From positions 1 to 64,000 of the forward strand of contig NZ_QLOE01000001.1 of the NCBI RefSeq assembly GCF_003264935.1: DNA of 64,000 nucleotides. The letters run 5' to 3'. Position numbers and translations under genes: made by a program. Positions 10,013-19,960 of the stretch are shown here, piece by piece. The stretch's first letter is position 1, and every line of letters begins with the position of its first letter. The notes under the pieces were generated by a model. That model was not told where the DNA came from, ran no database searches, and saw only the letters and a program-made list of their open reading frames with translations. The stretch comes from Methanothermobacter tenebrarum (GTDB lineage Archaea; Methanobacteriota; Methanobacteria; Methanobacteriales; DSM-23052).

Positions 10013-11608
10013 TCATACACCACCATTAAAACATTCTTTAAGATGATCATCATCAAATTTTTCTGTTAATAGGCTCACAAGTACTGTTATTATCATCGAA
10101 GCTGGGACCGCCACCAATATAGGATCCACGAAAGGCCATGGCATAGTCCTAATGAGTAACCCACCGAAGAGCAACTTTGCCAAGCCAAGAGCTGTGGCGG
10201 TCTTCTTATAGACGAAAAGAAGCCATAACATGCTTATAGCGGCGCCTGAGACCATGCCAGCTATTGCACCAGCCCTTGTCGTCCCCTTCCAGAACAATGC
10301 GCAAGTATAAACTGAAAGGAATGTGGCAGCGCACAAACCAAAAAATAATGCAGTCCCCTGTGCTATTATACTACCCGGGAGGATGTAGGCTAGTATAACC
10401 GCTATTATAACAGCGATTATTATACCAATTCTTGTGATAAGCACAGATCTTCCACCTCTCTTCAAGGTTTCATAAACGTCCCTGCCAATAGATGTTCCCT
10501 GCACATGGAATTGGGCGCTCAAAGTAGACATAGCAGCTGAAAGCAAAGTTAACATGAAAATGTATGTGAACCATTCAGGCATCGCCGAATTTATAAAAAC
10601 GGGTATTATCTTATCAGCATTACCACCACTTGCATGGATCGCGAGCAAACCCTTCTCTCGGAAAAAGTAAACATTTGATAATGCACCAACAACATAAGCA
10701 CCCCATGTCATGACAAATATGAACAACGCACCTATAAGAACCCCCCTATTAAGTTCACGGTTGGATTCCACTGTCATAAACCTTACTGCCAGTTGTGGTT
10801 GAGCCAAAACCCCTATACCAACACCTAGTATTATGGTAGAGAAAAGGGTCCACCAATATGGACTTCCGAATACGGGCATACTGGTCCAGCCTGTCGCACC
10901 CACACTCTTGGCAGATGCTGGTATGAGATGTCCCATGCTTGTAAGGGCCTTATGGGCGCTTGTAACACCACCGAGCATATAATAGGTTGACACAACCAAG
11001 AATATCATGCCAATGAACATTATAGTACCTTGGAGGGCGTCAGTATACATAACCCCCCTTATACCTCCCATAACAACATAAACAGCTACTATTAATGCCA
11101 TTATAATAAGTGCAATGTTAAAGTTCAATTTTAATGATGCTTCAAGGAACCTTGCAGCGCCTATAAGAACCACCGAGGCATAGAGTGGCATTCCCAAGAA
11201 TATCACAGCACCACCAAAATATTGTATAAACCTGCTCTTGAACCTCCTTGAGAGAAACTCTGGGAAAGTGAAAGCTGAAAGGTTCTCACTCATCCTACGA
11301 GTCCTTTTACCATAAAATACAAAGGCTATGAATATCCCCACGAGTATGTTAAGGAATACAAGCCAGAGTATACCCAGGCCATAGACGCCAGCCATCCCAC
11401 CAAAACCGATTATGGCAGCAGTACTAATAAAAGTAGCCCCATAACTAAGAGCCATAATATAAGGGTGCGTTTTCCTACCAGCCACCATATAATCTTCTGA
11501 TGTGCTAGTTCTCCTCCATGCAACATAACCTGCATATCCTACCATGATAAAATAGACCAATATAACTATACTAAGGACTACTATGTTCATATTTATCTTT
11601 ACCTCCAA
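10013..11608 (-). CDS. sodium:solute symporter family (SSF) transporter
   Basis: 531 aa, about 13 predicted TM helices. SSF-like sequence features (…GGIRGVMYTDALQG…). Confidence 0.7.
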   Translation of the reverse strand: MEVKINMNIVVLSIVILVYFIMVGYAGYVAWRRTSTSEDYMVAGRKTHPYIMALSYGATFISTAAIIGFGGMAGVYGLGILWLVFLNILVGIFIAFVFYGKRTRRMSENLSAFTFPEFLSRRFKSRFIQYFGGAVIFLGMPLYASVVLIGAARFLEASLKLNFNIALIIMALIVAVYVVMGGIRGVMYTDALQGTIMFIGMIFLVVSTYYMLGGVTSAHKALTSMGHLIPASAKSVGATGWTSMPVFGSPYWWTLFSTIILGVGIGVLAQPQLAVRFMTVESNRELNRGVLIGALFIFVMTWGAYVVGALSNVYFFREKGLLAIHASGGNADKIIPVFINSAMPEWFTYIFMLTLLSAAMSTLSAQFHVQGTSIGRDVYETLKRGGRSVLITRIGIIIAVIIAVILAYILPGSIIAQGTALFFGLCAATFLSVYTCALFWKGTTRAGAIAGMVSGAAISMLWLLFVYKKTATALGLAKLLFGGLLIRTMPWPFVDPILVAVPASMIITVLVSLLTEKFDDDHLKECFNGGV

Positions 11609-11711
11609 AAAATGGGAATAGGAAGATTATAAAAGAATATAATGAAAATATAAAATTTATAAATTTTATCATCACTTGACATGTTAAGGCAGATTAAAAG
11701 GGTAGATCAAA

Positions 11712-13010
11712 ATGATATGGAATCCAAAGGCAGAATGCATGGACGAAGAAAAAAGAAAAAAAATACAACTTAAAAGACTCCAAAATACCGTGAAGAGAGC
11801 CTATGAAAACGTCCCATACTACCATAAAAAATTCAATGAACTTGGAATAGAACCAGAAGACATAGAAAGCCTAGAAGACATTAAAAGATTGCCATTCACA
11901 ACAAAACAGGATCTCAGAGAAGCCTACCCCTTTGGGATGTTCGCAGTACCAGATGATGACATCATAGAAGTTCACACATCATCAGGAACCACAGGCAAAC
12001 CAACAGTCTCAGGTTACACCCAAGCAGATATAGACTTATGGTCAGAAGTCATGGCAAGGGCCCTAACAATGGCAGGAGCAACAAAAAAAGACCGCATACA
12101 AAACTGTTACGGGTACGGATTGTTCACAGGCGGCCTGGGAATACACTACGGGGCCCAGAGGATAGGAGCCACAGTAATCCCAATATCAGCAGGTAACACC
12201 AAAAGACAAATCGAAATCATGCAAGACTTCGAAACAACAATACTCACATGCACACCATCCTATGCACTATACCTCGCCGAAGTCCTCCAAAAAGAAAATG
12301 TTGAAATAGACAACCTAAAACTCAAGGCAGGAGTATTCGGGGCCGAAATGTGGACAGAGGAGATGAGAGATGCTATAGAAGAAAGATTAGGCCTCGTAGC
12401 CCTCAACATTTACGGTTTGACAGAGATTATCGGTCCAGGAGTCGCGATGGAATGCCATGAAAAAAATGGCCTACACATATTCGAAGACCACTTCTACCCC
12501 GAAATAATCAACCCAGAAACCCTAGAAAACCTACCCCCAGGAAAAAAAGGAGAACTAGTACTAACCACCCTCACAAGGGAGGCCATGCCCATAATAAGAT
12601 TCCGCACAAGAGACATAACAACCCTAAGAAAAGGTAAATGCCCATGTGGCAGAACCCTCATAAGAATGGACCGTATAACAGGAAGAAGCGATGACATGTT
12701 AAAAATACGTGGAGTTATCGTATTCCCATCACAAATCGAAGAGGCCCTCCTCAAAATCGATGGACTCGAACCACACTACCAGATAGTGGTAACAAGACCA
12801 AAATACTTGGACGAACTCGAAGTCCAAGTTGAAGCCTCACCAGCACTATTCTCAGATGAAGTGAAACACGTGGAAGAGGCCAAGAAAATGATAGAAGAAC
12901 ACCTACAAAGGGAGATAGGATTAAGGGTTAATGTAACACTCGTAGAACCTGAGAGTCTGCCCAGAAGCGAAGGGAAAGCCATAAGGGTTATCGATAAACG
13001 AAAGTTCTAA
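11712..13010 (+). CDS. phenylacetate-CoA ligase family adenylate-forming enzyme (PaaK / coenzyme F390 synthetase-like)
   Basis: 432 aa. AMP-binding motif SSGTTGKPT. PaaK-type length and C-terminal region. Confidence 0.7.
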   Translation: MIWNPKAECMDEEKRKKIQLKRLQNTVKRAYENVPYYHKKFNELGIEPEDIESLEDIKRLPFTTKQDLREAYPFGMFAVPDDDIIEVHTSSGTTGKPTVSGYTQADIDLWSEVMARALTMAGATKKDRIQNCYGYGLFTGGLGIHYGAQRIGATVIPISAGNTKRQIEIMQDFETTILTCTPSYALYLAEVLQKENVEIDNLKLKAGVFGAEMWTEEMRDAIEERLGLVALNIYGLTEIIGPGVAMECHEKNGLHIFEDHFYPEIINPETLENLPPGKKGELVLTTLTREAMPIIRFRTRDITTLRKGKCPCGRTLIRMDRITGRSDDMLKIRGVIVFPSQIEEALLKIDGLEPHYQIVVTRPKYLDELEVQVEASPALFSDEVKHVEEAKKMIEEHLQREIGLRVNVTLVEPESLPRSEGKAIRVIDKRKF

Positions 13011-13025
13011 AGGGGCGGATTTGAG

Positions 13026-13457
13026 ATGAAAGTGAAACAAATTTCCGTATTCCTTGAAAACAAGAAAGGAAGGTTAAAAAAGGCGGTGCATGCGCTCGCC
13101 GAAGCCAATATAAATATAAGGGCCTTATCCATTGCCGACACGTCCGAATTCGGAATACTAAGGCTCATGGTCCCAGACCCTGAAGAGGCGAAGAAAGTCC
13201 TTGAAGAAAACAATTTCGTGGTTAAACTCAATGATGTCATAGCAGTCGAAGTACCTGACAGGCCAGGAGGACTCGATAAAATACTAGGAATCCTCACAAA
13301 AGCAGACATGAACGTGGAATATATCTATGCCTTCGTGGAAAAAAAGGGTGAAAAAGCGATCGTAGTGATAAGAACAGAAGACATCAACAAAGGTATAAGA
13401 GTATTAAAGGAGGCTAAGGTGCCACTATTATCATCAGAGGATATTTCAGTACTCTAA
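13026..13457 (+). CDS. ACT-domain protein (PaaK-associated)
   Basis: 143 aa. Two ACT-like βαββαβ halves, immediately downstream of the PaaK-like gene. This is a conserved pairing. Confidence 0.6.
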   Translation: MKVKQISVFLENKKGRLKKAVHALAEANINIRALSIADTSEFGILRLMVPDPEEAKKVLEENNFVVKLNDVIAVEVPDRPGGLDKILGILTKADMNVEYIYAFVEKKGEKAIVVIRTEDINKGIRVLKEAKVPLLSSEDISVL

Positions 13458-14033
13458 GCTCATAAAACCCCCCTTGAACGCTTTCAAGTTAACCTTGAAT
13501 AATCTTTCAGGCAAGTTTTCTCTCATGGATTCTATTATAGCATCTTCAGATAAAGGGAAGCCTGGGGTGGCCGTGGCAGCTCCCAAGATCGCCATATTCA
13601 TTGAAAGAGGATGACCAGCCTCCAAGGCCACACGATCAGCATCAAAAGCATATAAGTTTCTTGAAAATTTTCCAAGTTCTGCTATTATCTCATCTACTGG
13701 CGGATACTCCCTAAGGCTTATATTAAATGGAGGAATAGGGGTTAGATTAACTATCAGATAGGCATCTTTCCTCATCTTTTCAACAGCCCTTAGTGCCTCA
13801 AGGGGTTCGAATGCCATCATAAGATCTGCATGGCCACTTGGGATTATAGTACCCTTTGCCTTGCCTATCCTAACTTCAGTAGACACCCCACCACCTCTTT
13901 GGGCCATTCCATGTATTTCACTCATCACAACATCCATTCCCTCTTTCATGGCAGCCCATCCTATGATTTCACCAGCTTTTATGATTCCCTGGCCGCCAAC
14001 ACCACAAATATAAATGTCATATGATAATTTCAC
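13446..14033 (-). CDS. iorB: indolepyruvate:ferredoxin oxidoreductase subunit beta
   Basis: 195 aa. The sequence resembles the gamma-like subunit of 2-oxoacid:ferredoxin oxidoreductases. Overlaps iorA by 4 nt. Confidence 0.7.
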   Translation of the reverse strand: MKLSYDIYICGVGGQGIIKAGEIIGWAAMKEGMDVVMSEIHGMAQRGGGVSTEVRIGKAKGTIIPSGHADLMMAFEPLEALRAVEKMRKDAYLIVNLTPIPPFNISLREYPPVDEIIAELGKFSRNLYAFDADRVALEAGHPLSMNMAILGAATATPGFPLSEDAIIESMRENLPERLFKVNLKAFKGGFMSLEY

Positions 14034-15877
14034 TCTGAACTCCCCCCTTTAGGTTTGATGGCTTTCTCTGGACAAATTTGGACGCAAACAGTGCATCCTC
14101 GACAATATCTCTGATCCACTTTAATGCCATTGTCATATGTTATGGCTGGACATGCAAGTTTATTAATACACTCTAAACACTCATTGCAAAGATTGTTATT
14201 TATTCTAACAGGTTTTCCCCTTGCTTTAAATGAAAGTTGACATGGGTATCTTGCAATTACAACGTTAAGGGATGGTGTGGTTAAAGCTTCTTTGAAGGTT
14301 CGGATGCTCTTCTTTATATTCATGGGATTTATCACTTTAACATTTATGCCAAGGGCTTCAACGATACTTTCGATGGAGATCGCCGGGGCTTCATCACCCA
14401 TACCATCAAATGGGAGGCCAGGGTGTGGTTGGCCTCCTGTCATGGCAGTTGTACCATTATCAAGGATTACGATAAGGAAATCATGTTTGTTATGAACAGC
14501 GTTCAGGAGTGGTGGTATCCCAGCGTGGAAAAATGTTGAATCACCTATGAATGACACTATCTTTTGCCTTGTTGCCTTGGAAAAACCGCAGGCAGCCCCT
14601 ATGCTCGAACCCATGGACAGGAGGTAATCTGCCGTATTATATGGTTTCTCTATACCTAGGGTGTAGCATCCGATATCAGTTGAGAAGATAACTTGCATTT
14701 CTAATTCTTCGAGTGCCTTGTTAATAGAATAATAGGTCGCCCTGTGGGGACATCCAGGACAGAATGTTGGGGGTCTTTCAGGTAAATGGGTTTTCAAAGC
14801 TTTCTTCTTTTCCAATTTTAGGGGTATTAGTTTTCCGATGGAAGCTCCCACTATGTCCTGGTTGTATTCGTATATTCTTGGGAATGTGCCGTCTAGTTTC
14901 CCATGAACGTCTACTTCGAGGTTTTCTTGGCCGATTATGGATAGTACGTCTTTTTCTATTATGGGGTCGACTTCTTCGATTATGAAAACTTTTTCAAGAT
15001 CTTCTAGGAATTGGGATATTAGCCCACTTGGGAGGGGGTATGTGAAGCCTAATTTTAGGATGGATATTGGGAGTTCTTTTTCATTTACTAGGTCATGGGC
15101 ATAATTGAATGCACCGCCACTTGTTATAATCCCATATTTACCATTGGCATGGTAGATTTGGTTGTATGGTGATTTGTCCACGATCTTGGATATTTTATTA
15201 ATTTTCTTGATAAGTTTTTTGTGCATGGTCCTTGCGGTTGATGGTACGAGGACGAATCTGCTAGGATCCTTTTTGAATTGTCCTTTTTTTCTCATCTTTT
15301 GGATTCCACCCACTTTTACCTTGCTTCTCATATGGGATACTCTTGTTGTTGTCCTGACCAATACTGGTAGTTTAAACTTTTCAGATAAATTGAAGGCGTA
15401 TTTTGTAAAATCGAGGATTTCTTGGGGGTTTGAAGGTTCGAGGAGTGGGATGTTCGCGAATCTCGCATAGTGTCTGTTGTCTTGTTCATTTTGTGATGAG
15501 AACATTGATGGGTCATCTGCTGATAATATGACCATGCCTGCTTCGACCCCAGTATATCCTATGCTTACAAGTGAATCTGATGCTACGTTAACTCCTACAT
15601 GTTTCATGAAGGTGAATGATCTTACACCAGAAGCCGCTGCCGCCGCGGCCACTTCCACCGCAACCTTCTCATTTGTTGAAAATTCAAAATACATTCCAAC
15701 TTTAGATGCTATTTTTGAAAGAACATCACCTATTTCTGATGATGGTGTTCCTGGATAAGTGCTTGCAACACCAACTCCTGATTCTATGGCTGCTCTTGCA
15801 GCGGCTTCGTTGCCTAATAGGAAAACTTCATCACCTTCTGTTGCATTTAATATTTTGATCATATGATCACCTACCAT
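14030..15877 (-). CDS. iorA: indolepyruvate:ferredoxin oxidoreductase subunit alpha (TPP-binding, 2x[4Fe-4S])
   Basis: 615 aa. TPP-binding region plus C-terminal ferredoxin motifs [14 protein letters not shown] … [12 protein letters not shown]. Confidence 0.75.
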   Translation of the reverse strand: MVGDHMIKILNATEGDEVFLLGNEAAARAAIESGVGVASTYPGTPSSEIGDVLSKIASKVGMYFEFSTNEKVAVEVAAAAAASGVRSFTFMKHVGVNVASDSLVSIGYTGVEAGMVILSADDPSMFSSQNEQDNRHYARFANIPLLEPSNPQEILDFTKYAFNLSEKFKLPVLVRTTTRVSHMRSKVKVGGIQKMRKKGQFKKDPSRFVLVPSTARTMHKKLIKKINKISKIVDKSPYNQIYHANGKYGIITSGGAFNYAHDLVNEKELPISILKLGFTYPLPSGLISQFLEDLEKVFIIEEVDPIIEKDVLSIIGQENLEVDVHGKLDGTFPRIYEYNQDIVGASIGKLIPLKLEKKKALKTHLPERPPTFCPGCPHRATYYSINKALEELEMQVIFSTDIGCYTLGIEKPYNTADYLLSMGSSIGAACGFSKATRQKIVSFIGDSTFFHAGIPPLLNAVHNKHDFLIVILDNGTTAMTGGQPHPGLPFDGMGDEAPAISIESIVEALGINVKVINPMNIKKSIRTFKEALTTPSLNVVIARYPCQLSFKARGKPVRINNNLCNECLECINKLACPAITYDNGIKVDQRYCRGCTVCVQICPEKAIKPKGGSSE

Positions 15878-16019
15878 TAAGCTTAAATTTGAGGGGGGGA
15901 TTAGTAACCCACGAGGGGAAAATTATAATAATGAAAAAAATTTAAAGTTTTTATAATTCCAATCTAATTTTCCTAGACTTTTATAATTTCCCCCATAAAA
16001 TTTTGGAGATAAAAAGAAT

Positions 16020-17516
16020 ATGATAAAAATTAAAATATTAAGGTTCGACCCGGAAAAAGACAATGAACCATACATTGAAGAATATAGGATCCCATTTAAG
16101 GAGAAAATGAAGATAATCGACGCTCTCAACTTGGTCAATGACAAATATGGGGCTAACATCGCATTTCGAAGTTCATGCAGGGCCGGACAATGTGGATCCT
16201 GTGCAGTTAAAATGGACGGCGAAGTAGTATTAGCATGTAAAGCAGAAGTAAAGGACGGAGCACGGATAGAACCATTAGACCTCCCAGTAATAAAGGATCT
16301 CATAGTTGACAGGGGTGAAATAGAGGAAAAAGCCAGGAGAATGCGATTATACTTAGAATCAACAGGTGAAGGCCTCCAGAAGATCAGACCAGAAGATTAT
16401 ATGGATTCAAAAAAACTTAGAAGTTGCATCGAATGCTTCTCATGCATAGCAGCATGCCCAGTTATCAAAGAAAGCTCAGAATTCGCAGGACCATACTTCA
16501 TGAACTACCTATCAAAGTTCGCATTCGACCCCAGAGACAAAGCAAACAGGGCAAAGAAAGGATTCGAAGAAGGATTATACTGTTGCACAACTTGTGCAAA
16601 ATGCGAAGAAATCTGCCCAAAACAATTAAACATACCTGGAGACGCCATCGAAAAACTAAGAGCACTAGCATGTAAACAGGATATTGGACCATTAGAAGCT
16701 CACAAGAAGGTTAAAAAACTCATAGAAGAAACAGGAAGATCCGTTGAACATATAAAGGAGGGGTTCATAGAATCCCTAGAATTAGAGGGTGAAAATCCAA
16801 AACTAGGATTCTTCACAGGATGCCTAGTAGACTACAGGATACCAGAAGTAGGACTAGCACTACTCAGAGTCCTAAAAAAGCATGGAATAGAAATCGACGT
16901 ACCAGCAAACCAAGTATGCTGCGGATCACCCATGATACGCACCGGCCAAACCGACATAGTAAAAGAACTCGTAGCTCAAAACAAGAAAGCATTACAAGGA
17001 TATGACGCCATTATAACAGTCTGCGCAGGCTGCGGCTCAACACTCAAAAACGACTACCCAAAATACGGCCTAAAATTAAACGTCCTAGACATAAGTGAAC
17101 TACTAGCAGAAAACCTCAACACAGAAGACATGAAACCAGTAAACATGCGAGTAACATACCACGACCCATGCCACCTTGCAAGAGGCCAAGGAATACGACT
17201 AGAACCAAGAAAAATACTCAAAAGGATAAAAGGCTTAGAATTCATTGAAATGGAAAAACCAGACCAATGCTGCGGCTCTGGAGGTGGGGTGAAATCTGGA
17301 AAACCAGACCTAGCATATAGTCTAGGGAAAAAGAAAGCCGACATGATAAAAAAACTAGGCGTAGACGCTGTCATAACAATATGCCCATTCTGCCAATTAC
17401 ACATAAAAGACTCCCTAGAAAGGGAAGGACTAGAAAACATCAAGGTCATGAACATACTAGAATTATTAGACTTAGCATATAATGAAAATGGAACAGGAAA
17501 AGATAAAAAAACTTGA
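16020..17516 (+). CDS. tfrB: thiol:fumarate reductase subunit B-like protein (SdhB/FrdB iron-sulfur domain fused to HdrD-like CCG domains)
   Basis: 498 aa. N-terminal 2Fe-2S ferredoxin Cys (CRAGQCGSCAV), then 4Fe-4S Cys clusters, and C-terminal CCG motifs (VCCGSPM, CCGSGGG). Confidence 0.6.
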   Translation: MIKIKILRFDPEKDNEPYIEEYRIPFKEKMKIIDALNLVNDKYGANIAFRSSCRAGQCGSCAVKMDGEVVLACKAEVKDGARIEPLDLPVIKDLIVDRGEIEEKARRMRLYLESTGEGLQKIRPEDYMDSKKLRSCIECFSCIAACPVIKESSEFAGPYFMNYLSKFAFDPRDKANRAKKGFEEGLYCCTTCAKCEEICPKQLNIPGDAIEKLRALACKQDIGPLEAHKKVKKLIEETGRSVEHIKEGFIESLELEGENPKLGFFTGCLVDYRIPEVGLALLRVLKKHGIEIDVPANQVCCGSPMIRTGQTDIVKELVAQNKKALQGYDAIITVCAGCGSTLKNDYPKYGLKLNVLDISELLAENLNTEDMKPVNMRVTYHDPCHLARGQGIRLEPRKILKRIKGLEFIEMEKPDQCCGSGGGVKSGKPDLAYSLGKKKADMIKKLGVDAVITICPFCQLHIKDSLEREGLENIKVMNILELLDLAYNENGTGKDKKT

Positions 17517-18210
17517 AAAGAACATTATAGTAGTCTTCGTCGAACCCGAGACGCCAGGAAATATCGGTTTCATAGCCCGAGCCATGAAAAACTTCGGACT
17601 AAAAAAACTAGTCCTCATAAACCCATGCAAATTAAACGATGAAGCATACCTACATGCAATGCACGCAACAGACATCCTAGAAAATTCCATAACATTCAGA
17701 TCCATCCAAGAGATGCTAGAAGAGCTTTCACCAGATTTCATCGTTGGCACAACAGGAGTGCCAGGTGGAAGCTACAAAATAGAAAGGATACCTCTCAGAC
17801 CAGAACAATTTGCAAAGGCATTAAATACAAAGGCAAAGATAGCCATATTATTCGGTAGAGAAGGAAATGGCCTCACAAACGAGGAAATAAGAGAATGTGA
17901 CATTATCGTAAGCATACCCACAAGTCAGGAGTATCCCATAATGAACGTTTCACACGCAGCCGCGATAATATTCTACGAAATATTCAAAAAAAGAGACTAT
18001 AACCGTGAGGGGGTTGAAGAGGCTTCAGGACTTGAAAAAAGACTCCTAGTATCCGACATGGAAGATATAATATCTTCACTCGCATTACCAGACCATAAAA
18101 AAAGAGTAGCTTTAAGAGCCTTCAAGAACCTCATAGGAAGGGCCTTCATCACAGGAAGAGAAGCCCACACCCTAAAAGGGATACTCAGGAGGATAAAAAA
18201 CAAACTATAG
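17482..18210 (+). CDS. SpoU/TrmH-family (SPOUT) RNA 2'-O-methyltransferase
   Basis: 242 aa. SPOUT motifs (…LFGREGNGLTNEEIRECDIIVSIP…). The real start is probably an ATG a few codons downstream, because of overlap with tfrB. Confidence 0.6.
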   Translation: MKMEQEKIKKLEKNIIVVFVEPETPGNIGFIARAMKNFGLKKLVLINPCKLNDEAYLHAMHATDILENSITFRSIQEMLEELSPDFIVGTTGVPGGSYKIERIPLRPEQFAKALNTKAKIAILFGREGNGLTNEEIRECDIIVSIPTSQEYPIMNVSHAAAIIFYEIFKKRDYNREGVEEASGLEKRLLVSDMEDIISSLALPDHKKRVALRAFKNLIGRAFITGREAHTLKGILRRIKNKL

Positions 18211-18300
18211 GAGGGTTTTCAGCTGATTTTTGGACTAGGAAGCTGGGATATTTTAAGCATAATAATCTTTGTAATCCTCATCATATTCCTACCAATAATA

Positions 18301-18681
18301 ATGAGGATCCGAATATTCTCAACACTACAAAAGGCCCTAATAGAAATGGAGAACATGATAAAAGAATCAAAAGACATAATAATCGAATTCTCAAAGGAAG
18401 AAGATAAAAAAATCATCCAAGAAAAGGTTAATGAATTCCTAGACTTCTTTATAGTACCACCAACAGACCTAGACCCTAACGGTATAGTCCAAAAATTCAA
18501 CAGGATACTTGAATTAAGCGAATCACGATTCAAAAACATGGTTGACATAATAGCACCAAACGCCAGCACAGAAACAAAAGCAAATGTAATAATGACCTTA
18601 AAAGTTGCCATAGGACTCAATAGCGTATATAAGATGATAAGACACAACCTCGAACTCGCAAAGAAAACAGGAAACCTCTAA
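18301..18681 (+). CDS. hypothetical protein (possibly the N-terminal part of a longer archaeal-specific protein)
   Basis: 126 aa. Ends at a TAA, and 18 nt later the next ORF begins in the same frame. Confidence 0.3.
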   Translation: MRIRIFSTLQKALIEMENMIKESKDIIIEFSKEEDKKIIQEKVNEFLDFFIVPPTDLDPNGIVQKFNRILELSESRFKNMVDIIAPNASTETKANVIMTLKVAIGLNSVYKMIRHNLELAKKTGNL

Positions 18682-18699
18682 ATACTCCTAGCCTTACAA

Positions 18700-19347
18700 A
18701 TGAACATGCCACTCATCATGAGAATATTCAAAGCCCAATTTAAAGGTGCTAAAGCATTTTCCAAAGGTCTTCCCGTAGGCGATGGTGCAGGTCCACTCAC
18801 AGTAGCAATGCTCCTAAAAAAAGATGATAAAATAGAATCCATAGACGAAATGATCTACACAAAAAGAGAATACAACGGTAGAAAACTTATCATACTCAGA
18901 CCAAAAGGGCCAGGAGCAAGACTAGGTAAAGTTGCAAGGGTTGTGAATACACTAATAGACAAGTTCAACATCCAAAAGATTATAATGGTAGATGCGGCCG
19001 TTAAAATGGAAGGTGAAGAAACAGGCAAAATCGCGGAAGGTGTTGGTATCGTAATAGGGGGTACCGGAGTCGAGAAATGGTTCATCGAAGATAAAATACT
19101 CAAAAGAGATATTGAAATAAATTCAATAGTGATTAAAATGGGCCCAGAAGAGGCAATAACCCAGATGGATAAAAAGATTTTCAGAGGATGTGAAACAGCC
19201 CTTGAAAGGGTCAAAGCCAGCATAGAAAGGACAGAAAAGGGAAACATACTCGTCGTAGGAGTGGGTAACAGTTGTGGCATACCCAACATAGTCGAAGATT
19301 CATCAATCATAAAATTAAAGGAAGAAGACGATAAAAAGGAAGACTGA
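18700..19347 (+). CDS. hypothetical protein (same frame as the preceding ORF, separated by a single TAA)
   Basis: 215 aa. Gly-rich core (…GVGIVIGGTGVEKW… VVGVGNSCGIP…). No assignable family. Confidence 0.3.
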   Translation: MNMPLIMRIFKAQFKGAKAFSKGLPVGDGAGPLTVAMLLKKDDKIESIDEMIYTKREYNGRKLIILRPKGPGARLGKVARVVNTLIDKFNIQKIIMVDAAVKMEGEETGKIAEGVGIVIGGTGVEKWFIEDKILKRDIEINSIVIKMGPEEAITQMDKKIFRGCETALERVKASIERTEKGNILVVGVGNSCGIPNIVEDSSIIKLKEEDDKKED

Positions 19348-19349
19348 GT

Positions 19350-19958
19350 ATGGCAATCCTAAGCGACCATGACATAAAAAAGTATCTAAAGAAGGGTTTA
19401 ATAATTATAGACCCACTAGAAGATCCTGAAAGGCAAATACAACCATCATCAGTAGATCTTAGGATAGGGAACGAATTCAAAGGATTCAAGATCATAAGAA
19501 AACCATGCATAGACCCCCAAGAACCAGGGGACATAGAATCTTACATGGAATCATACCATATAAAAGATGGAGAATCCTTCATAATACACCCAGGAGAATT
19601 TGCACTAGCCACAACATACGAATATATAGGATTACCAGACAACCTTGTCGCAAGAGTAGAAGGAAGATCATCCATCGGAAGACTCGGTATCACAATGCAT
19701 GTCACAGCAGGATACATAGACCCAGGATTCCATGGCAGAATCACCCTCGAAATCTCAAATATTGGGAAAATGCCAGTAGCACTCTACCCAAAACAGAGAG
19801 TATGCCAGATAGTATTCGAAACAATGACCTCACCAGCAGAAAAACCCTACGGGCACCCTGAAAGGGAAAGCAAATATATGGGTCAACTCAAACCTGAAAC
19901 AAGCAAGATAAAAGAAGACTATGAACTCAGAAGACTCAGAACAAAAAAAGGAGGATAA
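19350..19958 (+). CDS. dcd: dCTP deaminase (dUTPase superfamily)
   Basis: 202 aa. MAILSDHDIKKYL…SSVDLRIGNEF… matches the dCTP deaminase N-terminus and β-barrel motifs. Confidence 0.7.
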   Translation: MAILSDHDIKKYLKKGLIIIDPLEDPERQIQPSSVDLRIGNEFKGFKIIRKPCIDPQEPGDIESYMESYHIKDGESFIIHPGEFALATTYEYIGLPDNLVARVEGRSSIGRLGITMHVTAGYIDPGFHGRITLEISNIGKMPVALYPKQRVCQIVFETMTSPAEKPYGHPERESKYMGQLKPETSKIKEDYELRRLRTKKGG

Positions 19959-19960
19959 TA

